DNA of 35,219 bases from Nitrospinaceae bacterium (GTDB lineage Bacteria; Nitrospinota; Nitrospinia; Nitrospinales; VA-1): the NCBI GenBank assembly GCA_029261435.1, contig JAJDBI010000105.1, positions 1-35,219 of the forward strand, read 5' to 3'. Positions 1 through 9,961 of this stretch are shown here, piece by piece. The first letter of the stretch is position 1; each line of letters opens with the position of its first letter. The translations under genes and the position numbers were made by a program. The notes under the pieces are model-generated. The model was not told the origin of the DNA. It saw only the letters and a program-made list of their open reading frames with translations, and made no database searches.

Positions 1-2
1 CG

Positions 3-386
3 GGAGTCGGGCTTGCCGCTAATCAGATTGGGTTACCGTGGCGCTTGTTTGTGGTCAACATCGGCGTTGAAACCGACAAGGACAACCTGGTCACCGTGAT
101 CAATCCGGAAATCACCGCTATGGAGGGCAGCGAATTCGGAGAAGAAGGTTGTTTGAGCATTCCCGATGTGATGGCAGAAGTGAATCGAGCCAGCCAGATC
201 GAAATCAAAGGTTACGATCTAGATGGAAACGAGATCCGCTACGAAGCTCATGGATATCTGGCCCGAGCTTTTCAACATGAAATGGATCATTTAAACGGTA
301 TTCTTTTTTGGGACAACCTCGGAAAAATGAAACGGGATATTCTAAAACGAAAATTCAAAAAGAAAATCAAAGAGCAGGATGCATGA
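3..386 (+). CDS. def: peptide deformylase, 5'-truncated by the window edge
   Basis: Frame 3 is open from nt 3 (GVGLAANQIGLPWRLFVV...). It carries the EGCLS and QHEMDHL metal-binding motifs. The TGA stop at 384-386 overlaps the fmt ATG (ATGA). The TTG at 45 in the ORF track is only the first start-like codon, not the real start. Confidence 0.92.
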   Translation, partial: GVGLAANQIGLPWRLFVVNIGVETDKDNLVTVINPEITAMEGSEFGEEGCLSIPDVMAEVNRASQIEIKGYDLDGNEIRYEAHGYLARAFQHEMDHLNGILFWDNLGKMKRDILKRKFKKKIKEQDA

Positions 387-1336
387 ATATTGTTTTCATG
401 GGAACGCCAGAATTTGCGCTTCCCACCCTGAAAGCCCTGCATAATTCTTCGCATTCCATAATGGCGGTCATCACGCAACCGGACAAGCCAAAGGGCCGAG
501 GACAGAAGCTTCTTGTTTCTCCAATCAAACAATATGCATTGGATTCTGACCTACCCATACTGCAACCTAATACAGTTAATGATCCCGAGTTTATCGAGTT
601 ATTAAAACAAAGTCGACCTGACGTAATCATCGTGGTCGCTTTTGGGCAAATCTTAAGCGAAACTTTTCTTAAAATTCCCAAACAGTTCTGCATCAACCTG
701 CATTCATCGCTTTTGCCGAAATATCGTGGAGCAGCCCCTATCCATCGGGCTATTCTTAACGGCGATACAAAGTCGGGAGTCACCACTATGATTATGGACA
801 AAGGCATGGATACCGGAGATATTCTGCTCATGCAGGAAACGCCTGTTCATGAGACTGATACTGCACAAACTTTGCACGATACTTTGTCCGAAATGGGAGG
901 AGCTCTAATGCTCGAAACCCTCAAGAGACTTGAAGCAAATACGCTACTACCTGTCCAGCAGGATCATAGCCAGGCCACTTATGCAGCTAAACTAAAAAAA
1001 GAAGAAGGTCTGATTCACTGGGGTCAACCTGCGACCAACCTCTTTAATCAGGTTCGAGGCTTGACTCCGTGGCCGGGAACCTACACTTTGTTAAATAAAA
1101 AACGGTTACGAGTATTAAAAGTCCAAGTCGGTGAGGGGTCCACTGAAGATATCCCCGGAAAGGTTGCCCGGGTTACAGACGTGGGCATTGAGGTCGGTAC
1201 CGGACAAGGACGACTGATCATCACCGAGCTACAACCGGAAGGCAAAAAAAGTATGCCAACCAAAAGTTTTCTAGCTGGACATAAAGTTGAACGGGGAACC
1301 CTGTTTGATCCAGTTCCGATTCCAAATCAATCGTGA
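383..1336 (+). CDS. fmt: methionyl-tRNA formyltransferase
   Basis: [19 protein letters not shown]..., [14 protein letters not shown], classic Fmt N- and C-domains. The start is taken at the ATG at 383 (ATGA overlap with def), not the ORF-track start at 308. Confidence 0.93.
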   Translation: MNIVFMGTPEFALPTLKALHNSSHSIMAVITQPDKPKGRGQKLLVSPIKQYALDSDLPILQPNTVNDPEFIELLKQSRPDVIIVVAFGQILSETFLKIPKQFCINLHSSLLPKYRGAAPIHRAILNGDTKSGVTTMIMDKGMDTGDILLMQETPVHETDTAQTLHDTLSEMGGALMLETLKRLEANTLLPVQQDHSQATYAAKLKKEEGLIHWGQPATNLFNQVRGLTPWPGTYTLLNKKRLRVLKVQVGEGSTEDIPGKVARVTDVGIEVGTGQGRLIITELQPEGKKSMPTKSFLAGHKVERGTLFDPVPIPNQS

Positions 1337-1343
1337 GGTAAGT

Positions 1344-2279
1344 ATGCCAAGAACATTAATCACAGGTGGTGCAGGTTTTCTCGGTTCGCATTTATGCGAA
1401 TACTTTCTGAATAAAGGCCATGAGGTCATCTGCATGGATAATCTCATCACCGGCTCTAAAGACAATATCTCCCACATAAAAAACGAAAAGTTTCAATTTG
1501 TGGAACATAATGTCTGTGAGTTTATCGATCTGGAAGGCGAGCTGGATTATATTATGCATTTCGCGTCCCCTGCCAGCCCCATTGACTATTTAGAGCTCCC
1601 CATTCAAACCCTTAAAGTTGGCTCGTTGGGAACGCATAACGCCCTCGGCCTGGCAAAAGCTAAAAAATCTACTATTCTTCTGGCCTCCACTTCTGAAGTT
1701 TATGGCGACCCTTTGATCCATCCACAACCGGAGGAGTATTGGGGAAATGTGAACCCCATTGGCCCGCGTGGTGTCTATGACGAAGCCAAACGGTTTTCCG
1801 AAGCCATCACCATGGCTTACCACAGAACCCATGGCATCAACACCAAGATCGTCCGTATTTTTAATACTTATGGGCCACGTATGCGGGTCAATGACGGTCG
1901 CGCCATTCCCAATTTTTTAAAGCAGGCGCTCACGGGAAAAGATTTAACAGTCTATGGAGATGGTTCTCAAACACGAAGTTTCTGTTTCGTATCAGATCTT
2001 GTTGAAGGTCTCTATCGCTTGCTGATGTCAGAACAGAACTACCCTGTCAATATTGGCAACCCTAATGAAATGACGGTTAAGGAGATGGCGGATAAAATTT
2101 TGCAAGCCACGAACAGCAAGAGTAAGATTGTCCAGGTTCCCCTACCGGAAGACGACCCGAAAATTCGTCAACCCGATATCACCCGCGCCAAAAAATATTT
2201 AAACTGGGAACCTGTAGTCAGTTTGGACGAGGGCTTGCAATCAACTCTGGAATATTTTAAAAAACAGCTGAAAACCTGA
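1344..2279 (+). CDS. UDP-glucuronate decarboxylase (UDP-xylose synthase-type SDR)
   Basis: [17 protein letters not shown] Rossmann motif, STSEVYGDP...[44 protein letters not shown]. The ATG at 1344 is preceded by GAGGT at 1335-1339. Confidence 0.85.
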   Translation: MPRTLITGGAGFLGSHLCEYFLNKGHEVICMDNLITGSKDNISHIKNEKFQFVEHNVCEFIDLEGELDYIMHFASPASPIDYLELPIQTLKVGSLGTHNALGLAKAKKSTILLASTSEVYGDPLIHPQPEEYWGNVNPIGPRGVYDEAKRFSEAITMAYHRTHGINTKIVRIFNTYGPRMRVNDGRAIPNFLKQALTGKDLTVYGDGSQTRSFCFVSDLVEGLYRLLMSEQNYPVNIGNPNEMTVKEMADKILQATNSKSKIVQVPLPEDDPKIRQPDITRAKKYLNWEPVVSLDEGLQSTLEYFKKQLKT

Positions 2280-2295
2280 AATTCAGGATGTCATC

Positions 2296-2994
2296 ATGCC
2301 GGGAGACAACAAATCTGCCATAAAGTACTGGCCGGAAGATGAGCGCCCGCGTGAGCGACTGATCAAGTATGGAAGTAGTACCATGTCGGATGCACACCTG
2401 CTGGGAATCCTGATAGGGTCTGGGGATCGGCGCTCCAAAAAAAATGCAGTGGACTTGAGCCGGGATTTGCTCAGCGCATTTGGTACTCTGGAGAACCTTG
2501 ATCAGGCAACAGTCACCGAAATGTGTCAGATAAAGGGAATTGGCGCGGCCAAGGCGGCACAAATCAAAGCCGCGCTGGAGGTGGGAAAACGCATGGCTTC
2601 AAAGCCTGCCGGCGTGAAAATCAAATTAAAATCCAGTCAGGCTTTTGTGGAACAGTTTTCTCCTTTTCTGAAAAACCTGAAAAAGGAAATTGTAAAGATC
2701 GTGCTTCTGGACCCCAAGCTGCAACTTATTAAAGACCTGACTATATCGGAAGGAAGTTTGAATGCCAGCATTGTTCACCCCAGAGAGGTTATGATCCCGG
2801 CGATTCGGGAATCTGCTGCATCCTTTGCTTTAATCCATAACCATCCTAGCGGAGACCCCACTCCCAGTCAGAAAGATTTTGAAGTCACTCATCGACTCAA
2901 CCAAACCGGAAAAATTATCGGGATTCATATGGTAGATCATATTATTATTGGGGGAAATGGATTTTTTAGTTTTGCAGATGAAGGCTTACTGTAG
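2296..2994 (+). CDS. radC: RadC-like JAMM-domain protein
   Basis: N-terminal helix-hairpin-helix region (IKGIGAAKAAQIKAALEVGKR) and C-terminal JAMM motif (ALIHNHPSGDPTPSQKD). Confidence 0.88.
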   Translation: MPGDNKSAIKYWPEDERPRERLIKYGSSTMSDAHLLGILIGSGDRRSKKNAVDLSRDLLSAFGTLENLDQATVTEMCQIKGIGAAKAAQIKAALEVGKRMASKPAGVKIKLKSSQAFVEQFSPFLKNLKKEIVKIVLLDPKLQLIKDLTISEGSLNASIVHPREVMIPAIRESAASFALIHNHPSGDPTPSQKDFEVTHRLNQTGKIIGIHMVDHIIIGGNGFFSFADEGLL

Positions 2995-3052
2995 AATAGT
3001 ACCGATATAATGTAAGATGTTTTTTTATTTGATTATTGCACAATGAGGGCTT

Positions 3053-3613
3053 ATGCAACGCGTTAAAGACTTTCTTTATACCAGCGCCGAATTGAAAAAG
3101 ACGGTCGCCGAAACCCTTTCAGGAGATATTCTGGAAGCCGCAAACCGTATCAAGTCTTGCCTTGAAAAAGGCGGGAAGCTAATTTTGATGGGTAACGGAG
3201 GAAGCGCCGCCGACTCACAACATATTGCCGCAGAATTAGTCGGCAGGTTCAAAAAAGAGCGCCGAGCCGTGCCCGCGATCGCTCTTACCGTAGACACCTC
3301 TTCGTTAACTGCTCTGGGCAACGATTACGGCTTTGACACAATTTTTGAGAGACAAATTGAAGCCCATGCCCGAGAGAACGATGCCGTTGTGGGAATCAGC
3401 ACAAGTGGCAACTCTGAAAATGTTGTGAGAGCCTTAAATAAAGCCAATACAATTGGAGCAGAGACTATTGGACTGGTAGGCAACAATGGGGGTAAAATAA
3501 AAGAGGTCGCGAACCTATCCATCATCGTTCCCTCTAATGACACAGCTAGAATTCAGGAAGTACATATAACCATTGGGCATATTATTTGCGAACTCATTGA
3601 AGAAGACTTGTAA
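3053..3613 (+). CDS. gmhA: D-sedoheptulose-7-phosphate isomerase (SIS domain)
   Basis: LMGNGGSAADSQHIAAELVGRF, ISTSGNSENV, QEVHITIGHIICE. Its stop directly abuts the hldE ATG at 3614. Confidence 0.88.
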   Translation: MQRVKDFLYTSAELKKTVAETLSGDILEAANRIKSCLEKGGKLILMGNGGSAADSQHIAAELVGRFKKERRAVPAIALTVDTSSLTALGNDYGFDTIFERQIEAHARENDAVVGISTSGNSENVVRALNKANTIGAETIGLVGNNGGKIKEVANLSIIVPSNDTARIQEVHITIGHIICELIEEDL

Positions 3614-5083
3614 ATGAAAGAAAAGTTTAAGTGTTTTTTTAGCAAAAGTGAACGGCCAAAAATTCTCGTTGTCGGGGACTTAATACTGGATGAATATATC
3701 TGGGGTGGAGTGCATCGCATCTCTCCAGAAGCACCCGTTCCTATTCTGGAAACACGCTCCGAAAACCTTGCTTTGGGTGGAGCCGCGAATGTTGCCAATA
3801 ACCTTGTGGGTCTTGGTTGCGAAGTCCATCTATGCGGTGCCATTGGGCAGGATGAAAAAGGCGACAAACTTTTACAAACCATCCATGATCGCTCTATTCA
3901 AACGGAAGGAATTTTTCGGTTCGTCCATCGCCCCACAACTTCCAAGATGAGGATCATCGCTCATAACCAGCAGATTTTGCGAGTCGATAAGGAAGATAAC
4001 CGCCCCATCACCGAAGAAACTGAAAAAAAGTTAATACAGTATATCAATCAGGTTATTCCCGGAATGGATGGAATTATCTGCTCCGATTACCATAAAGGTA
4101 TTCTGACAGAAAAAGTTATTAAAGCTGTTATGCATCGAGCCCAAAATTCTCAAAAATCTGTCATCGTCGATCCCAAAAGCTCGGATTTTTCCCTGTACAA
4201 AGGCGCCACCGTCATCACCCCAAACCTCAGGGAGGTCGCTCGCTCGGTTCCCATCAAGATTAAAGATAATGAAGACCTGGGCCGGGCCGCCGAATACCTT
4301 TTGAACCTGACAAAAGCGCAGGCCATCCTCATTACACAGGGGAAAGATGGTATGTCGCTATATCAAAATAAAGAAAAACTCGTATCAATTCCCACCGTGG
4401 CCAAAGAGGTCTTTGACGTCACTGGTGCCGGTGATACTGTCATCAGCGTATTTAGTATGGCGGTGTTTGTAGGTTTCGATTATGAAGAAGCCGCATGGCT
4501 GTCAAATATGGCCGCAAGCGTTGTTGTCGGCAAAGTAGGAACCGCTGTTGTGACCCTGGAAGAAATCAATGAATTTCTGCAGGAAGAAATGTTACGCACC
4601 TCTCAGACTGTTCTTGAACTTGAAGAACTGAAAAAAATTATCAGCATGGCAAAGAGCACGGATAAAAAGGTGGTGTTCACCAATGGTTGTTTCGACATTA
4701 TTCATGGAGGACATATCGAGTTCCTGCAAAAAGCAAAATCCATGGGGGATATTCTCGTAGTCGGACTCAACACCGATCAATCCGTTAAGAAGTTAAAAGG
4801 TGAAAATCGGCCCATTAAAAACGAAAGAGAACGCGCCAATATTCTTTCGGCTTTAAAATATATTGACTACATCACATTGTTTAGCGAAACCACTCCAGAA
4901 AAACTCATTCGAGAAATCAGACCCGACATTCTGGTAAAGGGGAATGACTATAAAATCGATGAAGTTGTCGGCAGGGAAATCGTTGAAGGTTACGGAGCAA
5001 AAGTTGAGCTCATCCCCATTGTCCAAGGCCATTCCACCACAAACACCCTGGCAAAAATCATGGAAAAACATCAAGCCAGCTGA
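3614..5083 (+). CDS. hldE: bifunctional D-beta-D-heptose-7-phosphate kinase / heptose-1-phosphate adenylyltransferase
   Basis: N-terminal ribokinase-like domain (ILVVGDLILDEYIWG, DVTGAGDTV). C-terminal cytidylyltransferase domain (VFTNGCFDIIHGGHIEFL). 489 aa. Confidence 0.9.
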   Translation: MKEKFKCFFSKSERPKILVVGDLILDEYIWGGVHRISPEAPVPILETRSENLALGGAANVANNLVGLGCEVHLCGAIGQDEKGDKLLQTIHDRSIQTEGIFRFVHRPTTSKMRIIAHNQQILRVDKEDNRPITEETEKKLIQYINQVIPGMDGIICSDYHKGILTEKVIKAVMHRAQNSQKSVIVDPKSSDFSLYKGATVITPNLREVARSVPIKIKDNEDLGRAAEYLLNLTKAQAILITQGKDGMSLYQNKEKLVSIPTVAKEVFDVTGAGDTVISVFSMAVFVGFDYEEAAWLSNMAASVVVGKVGTAVVTLEEINEFLQEEMLRTSQTVLELEELKKIISMAKSTDKKVVFTNGCFDIIHGGHIEFLQKAKSMGDILVVGLNTDQSVKKLKGENRPIKNERERANILSALKYIDYITLFSETTPEKLIREIRPDILVKGNDYKIDEVVGREIVEGYGAKVELIPIVQGHSTTNTLAKIMEKHQAS

Positions 5084-5110
5084 TCTTCTTCCTTCGTTAT
5101 AAAACTTTAC

Positions 5111-6073
5111 CTACTCAAGGTGCTTGTCAGGAACCAGATAGTTTTTGACATAATCTGAGACCCCGTCCTCTAAAGAAGTGATTGCTTCCGTAAACCCGGC
5201 AGATCGGATTTTCTCCATCTCAGCACAGGTATGATACTGGTATTGATTGCGAATGGATTCGGGCATATCTATATAATTAATATTCACTTTTTTATTCAGC
5301 GCCTGGAACACTGCGGAAGCCAGGTCATTCCAGTTCCTCGCTTTACCCGACCCAACATTAAAGATTCCCCCGATATCATTGTGCTCCAGAAAAAACAAGG
5401 TCATTGCCACTGCGTCACGAACGTATAAGAAATCCCTTTCTTGTCCACCGTCTTCATATCCGGGTTTATAGGATTTAAACAGACTCAGCATACCCGCATC
5501 ACGCACCTGCAAAAAACCCTTGCGAACCATGCTTTGCATATCTTCCTTGTGATATTCATTCGGACCAAACACATTAAAATATTTTAGTCCTACGATGGTC
5601 TTCAATGCGCCCATCTCTTTAGCCCACAGGTCAAACCATTGCTTGCTGTACCCATAGAGATTGAGAGGCGTCAGGGTTTCCAGTAAAGCTTCATCATCAG
5701 AGTATCCATTTTCTCCGGCCCCATAAGTTGCGGCACTGGAAGCATAGATAAAACGCACGTCTTTTTTCAAACAGTACTCGGCAAGGGATTTTGTATACTC
5801 GAAATTATTTTCCCGCAGATAAGCTTCATTGGTTTCTGTTGTGGATGAACACGCTCCCATATGCAGGATCGCTGAACATGCCTTTAGCCCTGCCACTTCC
5901 TGCAAAAAGTCATCCTTACCTATCCATCGCTCATAGGTAAGAGCGTCCAGATTTTTCTGTTTTTCAGGATGGTCGATATCATCCACAAGCCAGATATCTT
6001 CAATCCCTTTTTGATTAAGTCCATGCACCAAAGCACTGCCTATGAACCCCGCTCCTCCCGTAACAACAATCAT
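5111..6073 (-). CDS. hldD: ADP-L-glycero-D-manno-heptose 6-epimerase
   Basis: MIVVTGGAGFIGSALVHGLNQKG, GACSSTTE, YASSAATYG, YGYSK and FNVFGPNE all follow the RfaD/HldD pattern along the full length. Confidence 0.9.
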   Translation of the reverse strand: MIVVTGGAGFIGSALVHGLNQKGIEDIWLVDDIDHPEKQKNLDALTYERWIGKDDFLQEVAGLKACSAILHMGACSSTTETNEAYLRENNFEYTKSLAEYCLKKDVRFIYASSAATYGAGENGYSDDEALLETLTPLNLYGYSKQWFDLWAKEMGALKTIVGLKYFNVFGPNEYHKEDMQSMVRKGFLQVRDAGMLSLFKSYKPGYEDGGQERDFLYVRDAVAMTLFFLEHNDIGGIFNVGSGKARNWNDLASAVFQALNKKVNINYIDMPESIRNQYQYHTCAEMEKIRSAGFTEAITSLEDGVSDYVKNYLVPDKHLE

Positions 6074-6163
6074 TTCTTCACCACTCCATCTAAATTCGTC
6101 AACTTACAAATTTTCTCAACCATCCACATACCATCGATACCGTAAAGGAATCTTCACATCGAA

Positions 6164-7330
6164 TCAAGAGCCGGATTGTTGGAGAGCTTTATTACCAGTT
6201 TTTATTTCATTCCAGTTCAGGCTTGGGAAAAGAGGCACCCAGGTTCTATTTTCGTGAGGTTTCATCTGCTTCTCTAACCTGGTCAGCCGATTTCTACTTG
6301 AAGGGTGGGTGGAAAAATAAGAAAAAAGTTCACTATTATTCTCCCTGGGAGAGGTTTTATTTATTATCTCTTCTTCCTGATGAGACTCTTCTTGCGTCAA
6401 CTTTTCAAAAATACGAATCATTCCATGCGGATCAATATTTGCGGCAAGGATCAATTCCATCCCTTTCCGGTCCGCTTCCGCTTCCATGTCCCGACTCAAT
6501 CCAAGGGTTTCAAGTGTGCCTGCGAGATTGACCACCTTTTCCATGATGGCATTCACGTCCCCTACGAAAAGAGCCATTAGCATGCTTTGTGTGAGATTTT
6601 GGAGGATCCCTCGGGTGGAATGCCTCAGTAGAACATGCTGAATTTCATGAGCAATAACACCCGCCAGTTCCTCGGGAGACTCCGCTTGATTGAGCAAGCC
6701 TTTAGAAACCAGCATGACTCCCCCCGGCAAAGCTAACGCGTTGACTTCTTTTTCCGCCCAAATATACACCCTTAAGTCATAGGGTTGGTTGCCCTCTACC
6801 GACTGTTCCAATAAATTAACCGTATCCTGTAAGACCGCAAGAACCTTCTGATCAGGTTTCTGCTCCAAAGGAAGCATTTTTAAAATGGACTGACCGAGGG
6901 TCACTTCCCATTCCACGGGAATTTCATCAATCATTCGGTCGGCTAGAAACGCGGGCACAGCCTTGATAAAAACATACGCGGAAAAAATCAGAATCAGTAT
7001 TCCCGCAACATAAATTTTCCAGTTAATTTCTGTTTGCTTTCCTGCAGCAAAAAAACTATCTGGCGCAATCTTTGATACGCTATTATAGAAATCAGGATCA
7101 TCCACAACCAGAGTTTTCAGACCCTCGCTATTTATTTCGCCGTGTTCAATGTGAAAAAGGTTTGCGGTATTTGCGGACCATCGAAGGTTGGAGTAGGACC
7201 AATGGATCGGTTCATGGCCCGGGTTTTTGAGAATTATATCTTGCGGGGTGAGTTCAATGTCAACAGGATGTTTTCTAGCACTTTTGCCATCAAACAAAAA
7301 ACCTGCAAATTGCAGTTTTCGGGCAGTCAT
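6164..7330 (-). CDS. M48-family zinc metalloprotease with an extra N-terminal domain and one TM helix
   Basis: HEIQH zinc motif (VIAHEIQHVLLRH), a downstream EAEADRKG glutamate ligand region, and one hydrophobic helix (WKIYVAGILILIFSAYVFIKAV). About 100 N-terminal residues lie outside the protease fold. Confidence 0.8.
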   Translation of the reverse strand: MTARKLQFAGFLFDGKSARKHPVDIELTPQDIILKNPGHEPIHWSYSNLRWSANTANLFHIEHGEINSEGLKTLVVDDPDFYNSVSKIAPDSFFAAGKQTEINWKIYVAGILILIFSAYVFIKAVPAFLADRMIDEIPVEWEVTLGQSILKMLPLEQKPDQKVLAVLQDTVNLLEQSVEGNQPYDLRVYIWAEKEVNALALPGGVMLVSKGLLNQAESPEELAGVIAHEIQHVLLRHSTRGILQNLTQSMLMALFVGDVNAIMEKVVNLAGTLETLGLSRDMEAEADRKGMELILAANIDPHGMIRIFEKLTQEESHQEEEIINKTSPRENNSELFSYFSTHPSSRNRLTRLEKQMKPHENRTWVPLFPSLNWNEIKTGNKALQQSGS

Positions 7331-7383
7331 GCCCGCTCCTTGGTGAAGGATTAAATGAAGCTCTAATCAGGGAAGAGGCGATA

Positions 7384-8622
7384 CTAACCAATTTCAATGG
7401 GAATATCCATAACATCCAGGGCTTCTTCTCCAAATGCTCCACTGGTTTTCATTTCCTGGACTATACTGTTTAATTCGATATTTCCGGCAAGAACCAGGTT
7501 GTCCGTCACGAATTTCTGGTTACGAACCACCACCCAGGAGAAACCCAAACCGAGAGTAAACAGGATAATGAAAAAATTGGTCACCTTTAACCTCATATAA
7601 TCTTTTCCATTTATCGGGAAATGGAAGGTTGCCCCGCCAACTTGAGTGTGAGACCACAAGTATCGTTTTAAATCGGCAGTAAACCAAAACAGGTAAAAAC
7701 CCAGCGTAAGCGGGGTAAGAAGAATCGCGAGAATATATTTCATAAAAAAATCTTTTCCTATTCCAGAAAAACCGAATTGCACATCCCCAAACCAGGAATT
7801 CTCTCGCCAGAATTTTTCGCTTTTCATTTTGAAGAACGGCCAGTAAAGACCAAGAGTCAAAACTGTGAACACACCCCCAATCAAATACAAAACAAACGCG
7901 TCCATCCTTTTTCCTCGAAAGGAAAAACGGATATTGCGCCAGGCGGATCGGGAAAGGCGGTATCTCCATGCTCCTACCAACAGTGCCGGAATCATAGCCA
8001 CAAAAATCAGAGAAAGTAGATCAGCAAACAACTCGCCTTCTGCAGTTCCGATATTAAAAAAGACATATATATTTATCAAACCCAATAAAACAATGATGCC
8101 ACCAAACCGGAACGCTCCGTTTAGCAGCTCTTTGCCGGTACCGTGGTAGGAAAAGCGATCACCTGAGAATAAGGTTTGGCCCCAGATATACTGGCGGACA
8201 TTGGTTTTGGCCCAGAACCGGTAAATACCGAGAGTGAATACGGTCTTTAACAGATTCACAAAACTGATGTTCAAAAGGGTGCGACCATCTCCCTGAAACT
8301 TGAACCCATAGCTGTCTTCGGGTTCAGGGACCTCTTCTTTGTCGGGAGCTTCTTCAGTGACAGCAGAATCGGGCAGGGGCTCAATCTCGCCTTCGACAGG
8401 CTGGAGGTCCACAGAAAACCCTAAACTACGAAGATAAGTAGATGCCGTATCTGCCTGATGATCAGGAATGCGTCGATCGAAACGCCAGGGTAGCCCTTGA
8501 CATAAATGATCCACAATGGTCATAGCCTTTTCTTTGCCCAGCCGGAAAACTACGGCAAGCTTTTCAGCTGCCTCCGTTTTACTCGCTCCCGACCAGGTAT
8601 TCAATGTAACTTGGTAACTCAT
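7384..8622 (-). CDS. DUF898/YjgN-type polytopic membrane protein with a soluble N-terminal domain
   Basis: Repeated FxFxGxG ... TLG(I/L/F)Y(x)FW modules within multiple hydrophobic helices. About 80 aa of soluble N-terminus are followed by an acidic linker (EEAPDKEEVPEPED). Confidence 0.7.
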   Translation of the reverse strand: MSYQVTLNTWSGASKTEAAEKLAVVFRLGKEKAMTIVDHLCQGLPWRFDRRIPDHQADTASTYLRSLGFSVDLQPVEGEIEPLPDSAVTEEAPDKEEVPEPEDSYGFKFQGDGRTLLNISFVNLLKTVFTLGIYRFWAKTNVRQYIWGQTLFSGDRFSYHGTGKELLNGAFRFGGIIVLLGLINIYVFFNIGTAEGELFADLLSLIFVAMIPALLVGAWRYRLSRSAWRNIRFSFRGKRMDAFVLYLIGGVFTVLTLGLYWPFFKMKSEKFWRENSWFGDVQFGFSGIGKDFFMKYILAILLTPLTLGFYLFWFTADLKRYLWSHTQVGGATFHFPINGKDYMRLKVTNFFIILFTLGLGFSWVVVRNQKFVTDNLVLAGNIELNSIVQEMKTSGAFGEEALDVMDIPIEIG

Positions 8623-8668
8623 GGAAAGAGGCTCATCTCCATTTAAAACCTGTTAATCCACAAAAGGA

Positions 8669-9553
8669 TCAGTAAAAATCATATGCCGTACGTTGTTCCG
8701 TCCAACCCAGAAACCCATCTTTGACCGGATCACCTGTATATTTATCCGATCCAGCAGCCCAGGTTTCGGGCTTATCCCAATTGTCTCCGTAGTGGTAAAG
8801 ATACATTTTTTTGCGCACATCTTCAGGTAGTGTCATCAACTCCTGATAAGAGGCATGCACACCACCGAAAAATAGTTGCGTGTCATGAAACATGACTTCC
8901 GCCAGATTGGCAAAACGAATGGGGTAGTCAGCATCAAACATGGTATCCCCCGAAATCCAGACACGACGGTTGATGAATATGCCCGAACACCACTGTGACT
9001 CATCCACACTGATCGCTGTATCCGGAAAATGCCGCGTTCGCATGATGACCAGCTCAATAGGACCATGCTTGTAAGCCCAGAACTTTCTTCCTTCAATCTC
9101 AATATTCTTCGGACGAAGAATGTTGAAAAAATCCGTCAACTGCAGAGGTCGCCCTTGATTAGCCTCGCAATACTCACAACCCCCGGCAAGGCTCTTGCTC
9201 CAAAGTATATCCTGATAATCCCGCAAAATAATCATATCTGGTTTAGAAATATTAGGTGTGTACCTGTTCATCAAGGCCACTTCCTCCAATCCACCAATAT
9301 GATCTGCATGACTGTGAGTGGGGTGATAACAACGGACGTCCAGAACACTCAATCCCAAATCATTAAGAGCCAAAGGCCCCTGGGTACCACAATCGATCAA
9401 GACATGATGATTGCCTTGAATGACCAATATATTGGATTGACGTCTCCGCTTTGCAAATGCAGAACCTGTCCCTATGAATACGATCCTAAGAGACCCATCG
9501 GTGGTCAAAGGTAGAGATTCGCCATTTCTGCAAATCTCCTTCACTTCATACAT
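8669..9553 (-). CDS. MBL-fold metallo-hydrolase
   Basis: HxHxDH motif (HPTHSHADHIGG), plus upstream LIDCG and downstream ISGDT / LYHYG motifs. The preferred start is the ATG at 9553, preceded by AGGAG. The ORF-track start at 9625 is a TTG adding 24 hydrophobic residues. Confidence 0.75.
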   Translation of the reverse strand: MYEVKEICRNGESLPLTTDGSLRIVFIGTGSAFAKRRRQSNILVIQGNHHVLIDCGTQGPLALNDLGLSVLDVRCYHPTHSHADHIGGLEEVALMNRYTPNISKPDMIILRDYQDILWSKSLAGGCEYCEANQGRPLQLTDFFNILRPKNIEIEGRKFWAYKHGPIELVIMRTRHFPDTAISVDESQWCSGIFINRRVWISGDTMFDADYPIRFANLAEVMFHDTQLFFGGVHASYQELMTLPEDVRKKMYLYHYGDNWDKPETWAAGSDKYTGDPVKDGFLGWTEQRTAYDFY

Positions 9554-9961
9554 AAGCTCTCCTTTTTCTCCCCGTACTAGGTTCACAATAATAGCACTAT
9601 AAAATACATACGCAAAAGCCAGCAAAACTCCTGAACTTTCGCATCGTGAAACGGTACCACAAAAGCCTTATCCCGTCCATAACAGTCTGATTTTTATATA
9701 AAAACTCGCATCGCGTTGAATCAAAAAACAGGGCATTATTACAATTGTTTCCACCACAGATTCGTGCAGTCCATTAACAGACATAAACAGCTTACATCAA
9801 GATACCTTCCACCAAAGTCACAGTTTGGATAAATTCTTGCCGGTAGACCAGTTAGTATGATCAACCTTGTTTCTCAATAAGTTGGGGAAATTTCAAAAAT
9901 TAAGTTATAATTATAGCTTCCTGATTATATTTAAGTTCTCAATCCTTGTATCCCTAAACAA

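Noticed and set aside
308-382. N-terminal extensions offered by the ORF track for fmt (308), the UDP-glucuronate decarboxylase (1287) and the MBL hydrolase (TTG at 9625)
   Set aside because: The family-typical N-termini ([29 protein letters not shown]...IVFIGTGSAF) begin at internal ATGs with better RBS or overlap context. The extensions would overlap upstream genes or add non-homologous residues.
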